Part shown: piece by piece, positions 57,638 to 64,000 of the stretch | Position numbering within the stretch: the first letter of the stretch is position 1 | Layout of the letters: every line of letters begins with the position of its first letter | Origin: a virus | DNA length: 64,000 bases | IMG/VR virus record: IMGVR_UViG_3300005077_000010 | Span: 27,660-91,659 of that record | Strand: one strand, 5' to 3' | Made by a program: the position numbers and the translations under genes | Notes under the pieces: model-generated | What the model saw: only the letters and a program-made list of their open reading frames with translations | Databases searched by the model: none | What the model was told of the DNA's origin: nothing

Positions 57638-59626
57638 ATGGTTGAAAGAACTACAAATACTGATATTATCGAACAATTATTATCTTATAAGTCATCTCAA
57701 ATTTTATTATATGAAATTGAGTTAAAAGATACAGGTACAGGTTCATTTGGTGGATCGGGAGGAGTGGTATTAACAGACGCTTCAGAAACCACAAAGCAAT
57801 GGATAACAAATGAGTGGGCTACGTCAACAGCTTATTTAACTGATGCGGATGGTGTTTCTTATAAAATACTATCTAATACTGCTACAACTATTACTATTAT
57901 AAAAGAATCTGGAGATCCTACTCCTACAAATGGAGACTATTCTTTACATAGATGGTTTTATTTGGCCCAACATGTAGAAGGATATAATGAAAACGAAGAT
58001 AAGCATAGCGAAATTGAATTTGGAGTAGATAGTTTTAGTAGACCAAAATATTATATTCCTTATCCAATACAGCATCAAAGTTTTGAAGATGCGGAATTAG
58101 GTAAATTTCCTCAAGTTACGTTAGAGTTATTTAATCCTGGTTCTGCTGTTATTGCTGATAATTCTGTGCTAATTGATTTTAATTTTTATTCATATTTTGA
58201 GTTGTATCAAGGATTACAAGGAAATATAGTTAATATTTTAATAATTTTTATTAATTCTAATGGTGTAATAATTAGTGACCCGACAGCTTATTTAAAAACA
58301 AGTTATACTATTGTAGGAAGCGTAATTAGCGATGCCACAATAAAATTAACTTTAAGTAGTTACGGAAATTTAATTAATAAAAAAATTCCAGTTAGAACTT
58401 TTTCAAAAAATAGTTGTTCTTTTATATATAAAGATGAGTGTTGTGGATATACAACTACTTATTTAAGTCCCACATCTGAATTAGTGTTACCTAAATGTAA
58501 CAAGTCATTTAGAACATTTCTTTTTGGATCAGCTAACTCAGTTGTTTTATTAACAAAAACAAATAGTTTAAGAACTTCAAGAGTTTATACTTTGCCAGCA
58601 ACAATAACTACAGATAACCCTACTGAATTTTCTGCGGCATTATTACATAGCGTAGTTGAACATAAGTCCACTCCGTATTTATGGCGTATTACGGCTGTTA
58701 ATGCTAGTGTATCGCCTATTCAAATTACTATAAATAGTTTTGATACTAGTGTAGATCATTTAGAATTATTTGATATAATGTCACAGGTTGAACAGGCTGC
58801 TACTAACCCTACAATTAGTGTATCTATATTAAGTAGAGAATGCTGTGTCGGGCATACAGATATGGGGTTTAAAAATGTAATAAGCACATACGCTTTAGAA
58901 AAACCTGACTCGTATAAACCTTACTGCTTACCAAATGATTTAGTATTTAATGGAGATTTTACCCAATTAAAAAATGAATCAGGCTATTTACAATATAAAG
59001 AATGGGCTTATACGCCTAATATTATTTATTTTGTAAATGGTACTAATATGGCAGACGGAGTTTTTTATATAGATTGTGAAAAAATGCATCCTACATATAC
59101 TACAATGACATTAGACCAAACTATATACGATAGAACTAAAATAACGTCTAATTACTATAAAACTGGAGCAGAAATAGAATTTGGGCAAACTTTACAATTA
59201 ATTATTAATCATTATACAGCTAAGTTATTAACGCCTTCTACAGGTACATTTGGATATATATTTAGAGCTATTTCAACTACAGGTACTACTAGATATTGGT
59301 CAGCAACAACAAATAGTTGGAATGTAGCATGGACAACTAATTATATTGATATACGTGAGTATAATGAATCACTAAATATGGCAGTGGTAGCTTCTGGGGC
59401 AGATTTTACTTCTTTTAGATATATAAAATTTGATAATCACATGTGTAAAATCTTATTAAATAATCCTTTTGGAGTAACTACAAGCCCTATTGGTAGTCTC
59501 TGGATACGCTTACGCTGGTTTGAGTGTACTTCTTTAGTTGATCGAGTGTCTGTACAACTATATAAACAATATGAACGTTATGGTGGATTTCCTAGTATTC
59601 CAACCTCAAAATATTGGAATTTATAA
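57638..59626 (+). CDS. Tail tip protein, lambda gpL-like, with large insertions
   Basis: LLYEIEL, Y.PYPI, P.R.F..N.C.F.YK...CGY, CNK, terminal RYGGFPSIP. Confidence 0.7.
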   Translation: MVERTTNTDIIEQLLSYKSSQILLYEIELKDTGTGSFGGSGGVVLTDASETTKQWITNEWATSTAYLTDADGVSYKILSNTATTITIIKESGDPTPTNGDYSLHRWFYLAQHVEGYNENEDKHSEIEFGVDSFSRPKYYIPYPIQHQSFEDAELGKFPQVTLELFNPGSAVIADNSVLIDFNFYSYFELYQGLQGNIVNILIIFINSNGVIISDPTAYLKTSYTIVGSVISDATIKLTLSSYGNLINKKIPVRTFSKNSCSFIYKDECCGYTTTYLSPTSELVLPKCNKSFRTFLFGSANSVVLLTKTNSLRTSRVYTLPATITTDNPTEFSAALLHSVVEHKSTPYLWRITAVNASVSPIQITINSFDTSVDHLELFDIMSQVEQAATNPTISVSILSRECCVGHTDMGFKNVISTYALEKPDSYKPYCLPNDLVFNGDFTQLKNESGYLQYKEWAYTPNIIYFVNGTNMADGVFYIDCEKMHPTYTTMTLDQTIYDRTKITSNYYKTGAEIEFGQTLQLIINHYTAKLLTPSTGTFGYIFRAISTTGTTRYWSATTNSWNVAWTTNYIDIREYNESLNMAVVASGADFTSFRYIKFDNHMCKILLNNPFGVTTSPIGSLWIRLRWFECTSLVDRVSVQLYKQYERYGGFPSIPTSKYWNL

Positions 59627-59627
59627 C

Positions 59628-60032
59628 ATGCTATCTGTTAATGACCTAATAAATAAGTATAGTAATATAAAATATAGAAGAAACGGTAGAAATCCTGAAA
59701 GCGGTCTTGATTGTTGGGGAGTAGTATTAAATATAGTAAAAGATATATATAACATAGAATTACCGGATACAAATTATGAATTACGCAGTTTATTAAAAAC
59801 TAAACACGATATTTTTGGTGATTTTAATATAGAAAACTGGTTACAAAAAGTAGAAGAATTAAAATACGGAGATATAATTCTTTTTTACTCATTATATAAT
59901 CTTCCCATTCATGCTGGAATATATTTAGGAAGACAAAGGTTTATTCACTCCGCTATGCCGTATGGTACAAGAATAGAAGATTTACAAGTACATAAACAAA
60001 AAATTGCTGGATATTATAGGGTAAAAAATTAA
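59628..60032 (+). CDS. NlpC/P60 tail protein (gpK-like)
   Basis: GR....GLDCWG, GDIILF, HAGIYLG..RFIHS. Start moved to ATG 59628. Confidence 0.85.
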   Translation: MLSVNDLINKYSNIKYRRNGRNPESGLDCWGVVLNIVKDIYNIELPDTNYELRSLLKTKHDIFGDFNIENWLQKVEELKYGDIILFYSLYNLPIHAGIYLGRQRFIHSAMPYGTRIEDLQVHKQKIAGYYRVKN

Positions 60033-63000
60033 TGATTAAACTTATTATAAAGCCTAACCCTTTAGAGAACAAAGAAAATGTATATTTCTTAAACTATATT
60101 CCTGAGTTTACTATTTATGACTATATAATAGGTAGAAAAAGTGATTCACCTATTATAAAAGACGAATTAGTATATTTAGATAAGTTGGAAGCTTTACTTA
60201 ACCAAGATACGATAAAAATATTAGTAAATAAACATTATATTCCTATTAACCAGCTTAAAACAACTTTAGTAAAAGATAATGATGAAATTTTAATCTCTTA
60301 TAACGTACAGTTTCAAGCTGTTATAGTTCCGTTATTAATTAGTTTAGCATTAACCGGCCTTTCTGTCGGTCTTCAAATGCTATTACTAAAAAAACCTCAC
60401 GCGCAATTTATAGAAAATGAATCTGAATTACCAGAATCTGCTACTTATAATTGGGATGGCCCTGCGACTTCTTACGCGCTTGGTAGACCTGTTCCTATTA
60501 TTTATGGTAAACACGGTACTGGGGGTACTTTAATTAACGCATTAACAGAAGGAGTTCCATATAACACAGATCCGGGTTGGAGATCTTGCCGTAATACTGG
60601 AAGTAGATTAACTCCAGATTTGCAGTATCAAGCTAATGATACATATTGCGCTAGTCGAGCACCAGGACTTATAAATTCTAATATATTAAGTTTAGATGTC
60701 ACGCAGGGGGCACGATTAAATGCGTGGAATATGTTTTTTAAAAATCAAAATATGTTTAGCACCCCTACCGCACACGGTTTATTCTTAAGTCAAATACATA
60801 AAGCATGTTTTTGGTACGAGTTTGATTTACTTACAAAAGCATTTTGTGGTGGAGGGCTACCAAAAGAAAGTCCTGTGTATTCTACATATTTTCGTATTAA
60901 CAGTAATGGATTAACAAAAGCTAGACCGACGGCACACACTAACTTTGTTATTACTATGTTTGGGTGGAAAAGATGGGTTAGATATCTAACTTATGATTTT
61001 TCATTAGAAGACGGACAGCAAAAAGCAAGAATACTTAGTATTTCTGAAGCACCAGCTGTTCCATCGTTTGATAATAGAAATTTAGGATGGGAAGTTGACT
61101 TAATATGGGCGGATGGGGCTAATTCGTTCTTAACATCAGCCCCCGATGTTACTACACATAATAAAGGAATGCACTTTGACGGGTCTGCCGTTGTATTTAG
61201 TAGTTTTCCTGCTACTTCTGCAATGGCATCAAAATATATGGGTTTAACTGCGGGAACTACTGTATGGACTGAATATATCTATGAGGGCATATTTTTATCA
61301 AATTATAAATTAATAACTGGGGCATTACCTACTCCACCACTACCTACACTTGTCCCTTGCATTTTATACGGGTTACCACCTTTTGAGGATGTAGAAATAT
61401 ATAGTTACGGAGAGCTTCAAGCTAATTATAACGAAGAACGATTTTATTCAACTGCTAGTGGATTACGTATGACTATAGCACTAGCAGACGGAGAAATATG
61501 TTCTGTAGGAAGAGCGCCGATAGAAGTAAGTACAAATTCAAATGACCCCAGAACAGAAAAAGAATTTACTAGTATATTATTAAACGACATACCAATTGAA
61601 AAATTATATGATTTACCTAATGTAGCCGGGTTTGGTGCGCCTATAGATATGGATGTAACAAAAGGTGGATTATATCCTGAAATAAGAAACGCGCCTAAAG
61701 ACTTCAGTAATTTAAATCTATTAGATAAGCGTTTAAATAATTCAACTTCTTTAGATTTTCTTATAGGAAATCCTTCAACGTCTACAGGACAAAGATTAGA
61801 GTTTGAAACACTTAGTATTTGTTCTAGTATAGAAATTAATTTAGGATTTAAACAAGGGTTATATACATATGATAAAGAAAATGGAGAATTTAAGGATGCT
61901 ACTGTAAGTTTTTATATTTTTTATAAACCGAAAGGCGCAAGTACTGGACTATATTGGACACGTGCGGGAATGCCTAGCGCAACAGAAGTACCATTTGTTA
62001 TTAATGATAAGAAAACATCTCCTTATTCATTAATAATTAAATTAGGGTCACTAGAAAACGCACTTCCTGCGGCACAATATGAGTTAATAATTTATAGAAA
62101 TGATATTCCTTCGCAGGGGCCGAATACATGGAATAGCGCGTGGGTAGAAAAAATAAGCGAGTTTAGTTTTGATTTTTTACGCCATCCAAATACGGCATTA
62201 ATTGGGATGCGCTTACTCCCAACGGATGTATTAAACGGATCTGAACCTAAATTAAATACAGTTGTAGAAGGAAAATTTATAAAAGTTCCTATTCCTAGAG
62301 TAGATAACCAAGTTGTACCGTTAGAACTTTGTTATACTATATATGATGAGAATACAGATACTTATACATGGAAATATTTAAATAGCTCAATAGATGTTAC
62401 TGTTTCTTCTCTATATACAATGTTTCAATATACAAGTAACCCAGCTTTTATAATTTATGATTTACTAACAACACAAGAATTATACCCTTTTATAACAGAA
62501 GAGACATTAGTATGGGAAGATTTTGTTTACGCCGGAGAATTTTGTTGGGAATATGTAGCAACACAAACATTAGATAGTAAAACAGAACACAGGTTTGAAT
62601 GCAATATTGTATTAGACGGTAGTGTCGATGCTACTACGTTATTAAATCAATTTTGTGCTATGTTTAGACTTAGATTAGTATGGGTAAATGATAAATTAAG
62701 ATTACTTGTATTAAAACCAGAAACTCCAATTCAACGATTTACTAATGCAGATATAATTCCTGAGTCTTATAATGAAAATTACCATGAACTAATTAAGATT
62801 CCTAATACACTTGAAATAACATATTACGATGAGAGTAATAAATATAAACAAGAAACTGTCCAAGTTACACGGCAAGATACGCAAATTAATAAACTTGAGA
62901 TTGTAAAAGAAAGTGTAAGTTTAATAGGAACAACAAAAACATCACAAGCAAAACGAATAGCGAATTATTTATTAGCCAATTTTGGAACAGCCTTAAAAAC

Positions 63001-64000
63001 CGTAACTTTCCAAACATCTTTACGAGGATTAGTTAGTGTCCCTGGAAATGTAATAAGAGTAGAAACAAGCCCCTCAACGTATACGCATTCAGGACATTTA
63101 AGAGCAGATGGAGCGGTTAATAAAGTATATTTTGATCGTCCTATAACAATTTTAGCAGCTAATATAGGAACATACAGTTTACAAATTCAATCTTCTGTTA
63201 CTGGAGAATTATATACGGTTTCTGGAGGAGGAACACCAACAGTAACGTTTACAACGGCGGTAGACCATACATTTACTTGTTTAGGCTCAGGTTGTATTTG
63301 TAGTTGTGGAAGTACTCATTCGTTTACTCCTAATTTATTATTAGCTCCTGATAATGAAGATACTTGGCAATTAATTCCGTCTGGGGCTACACTATATGCT
63401 CATGATTATAGAGTAGAAGAAATAAAAACAAATATGTCTTCTAATATATGTACTATAACATGTACCCCTTATAATGAATCTGTATACGATGAAAGTGGAT
63501 CTTGGGTAACAACAACTTACGTACAACCGGGTCCAAGACCAGAACCAGAAAAATATCCAGCTGATGTTGAAAACTTACAATTATTTAGACTAGAACAAGA
63601 TGAAGTGGCAATAAAAGTATCTTATTTAATCCCTCAAAGTTCTGAAACCACCCTATTTAAAGGAATAGTAAAAAGCGTTGAGGAATTACATGTATGTGAG
63701 TATGTAACCGCTCATGTGGGAAGTGAAGCTACATGTGATTACTCTTGTTCTGAATTTTTAATTCCTCCTTGTCCATATGGATCAATAACTTGTACTACAG
63801 GTACTTGCGCGTATGCTCCTTCTTCTATACCAGTTACAAATTATAAAGTAGAATTTACGCAAAATATCACTTCTGGTGACTTAAAAACTTTTAATACGGT
63901 TCAAATACGTTCTTCAACAGGAGTTTTAAAAGGGTATACTAGTATATTTACATCAAGTGATATAAATACAGCAACCGCTATTTTAACTAGAGTTGAGGGG
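60032..64000 (+). CDS. Central tail fibre/host-specificity protein (gpI-like N-terminus fused to gpJ-like body), runs off window
   Basis: Manual translation starts MIKLIIKPNPLE and includes TYNWDG......GRPVPIIYG...GG, HPNTALIG, SNPAFIIYDLL, RFECNIVLD. The frame is open at the window end. Confidence 0.85.
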   Translation, partial: MIKLIIKPNPLENKENVYFLNYIPEFTIYDYIIGRKSDSPIIKDELVYLDKLEALLNQDTIKILVNKHYIPINQLKTTLVKDNDEILISYNVQFQAVIVPLLISLALTGLSVGLQMLLLKKPHAQFIENESELPESATYNWDGPATSYALGRPVPIIYGKHGTGGTLINALTEGVPYNTDPGWRSCRNTGSRLTPDLQYQANDTYCASRAPGLINSNILSLDVTQGARLNAWNMFFKNQNMFSTPTAHGLFLSQIHKACFWYEFDLLTKAFCGGGLPKESPVYSTYFRINSNGLTKARPTAHTNFVITMFGWKRWVRYLTYDFSLEDGQQKARILSISEAPAVPSFDNRNLGWEVDLIWADGANSFLTSAPDVTTHNKGMHFDGSAVVFSSFPATSAMASKYMGLTAGTTVWTEYIYEGIFLSNYKLITGALPTPPLPTLVPCILYGLPPFEDVEIYSYGELQANYNEERFYSTASGLRMTIALADGEICSVGRAPIEVSTNSNDPRTEKEFTSILLNDIPIEKLYDLPNVAGFGAPIDMDVTKGGLYPEIRNAPKDFSNLNLLDKRLNNSTSLDFLIGNPSTSTGQRLEFETLSICSSIEINLGFKQGLYTYDKENGEFKDATVSFYIFYKPKGASTGLYWTRAGMPSATEVPFVINDKKTSPYSLIIKLGSLENALPAAQYELIIYRNDIPSQGPNTWNSAWVEKISEFSFDFLRHPNTALIGMRLLPTDVLNGSEPKLNTVVEGKFIKVPIPRVDNQVVPLELCYTIYDENTDTYTWKYLNSSIDVTVSSLYTMFQYTSNPAFIIYDLLTTQELYPFITEETLVWEDFVYAGEFCWEYVATQTLDSKTEHRFECNIVLDGSVDATTLLNQFCAMFRLRLVWVNDKLRLLVLKPETPIQRFTNADIIPESYNENYHELIKIPNTLEITYYDESNKYKQETVQVTRQDTQINKLEIVKESVSLIGTTKTSQAKRIANYLLANFGTALKTVTFQTSLRGLVSVPGNVIRVETSPSTYTHSGHLRADGAVNKVYFDRPITILAANIGTYSLQIQSSVTGELYTVSGGGTPTVTFTTAVDHTFTCLGSGCICSCGSTHSFTPNLLLAPDNEDTWQLIPSGATLYAHDYRVEEIKTNMSSNICTITCTPYNESVYDESGSWVTTTYVQPGPRPEPEKYPADVENLQLFRLEQDEVAIKVSYLIPQSSETTLFKGIVKSVEELHVCEYVTAHVGSEATCDYSCSEFLIPPCPYGSITCTTGTCAYAPSSIPVTNYKVEFTQNITSGDLKTFNTVQIRSSTGVLKGYTSIFTSSDINTATAILTRVEG

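Noticed and set aside
1-64000. Stop-codon reassignment
   Set aside because: Genes are full length in the standard code, and TAA, TAG and TGA all end genes just before the next RBS or start.
1-64000. CRISPR array, tRNA or rRNA genes, integrase or att site
   Set aside because: No repeat-spacer array or cloverleaf was noticed, intergenic gaps are short, and no recombinase ORF is present. Lifestyle cannot be determined from this window.

Overview
This AT-rich window looks like part of a large tailed-phage (siphovirus-type) genome read in the standard genetic code, with two divergent arms. The left arm (minus strand, 1-11342) is mostly a dense glycan biosynthesis and modification cluster: a DegT-type aminotransferase, a VioB/AntD-like acyltransferase, a methyltransferase, a sulfotransferase and about seven glycosyltransferase-like genes. 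It also carries a P-loop kinase, a DHH phosphoesterase fusion, an AT-hook protein and a Zn-finger/sigma-region-4 protein. The right arm (plus strand, 11451-64000) is the morphogenesis and lysis region. It runs TerS, intein-containing TerL, portal, scaffold, then a major capsid gene split by a group I intron with a LAGLIDADG homing endonuclease (exon 1 is missed by the ORF track). After that come a lysis cassette containing an output-less triple-PAS protein, small basic proteins, two huge fibre-like proteins with signal-peptide-like N-termini, and three paralogous beta-sandwich proteins. The neck genes are interrupted by three more glycosyltransferases. The tail genes are tube, -1 frameshifted chaperones, a 3682-aa tape measure protein and a lambda-like tail tip. 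The best candidate for an undescribed system is a phage-encoded virion or cell-surface glycosylation pathway, possibly acting on exported Cys-rich fibres. The second is a possible PAS redox sensor linked to lysis. All family calls come from motif recognition by eye; no database search was run.
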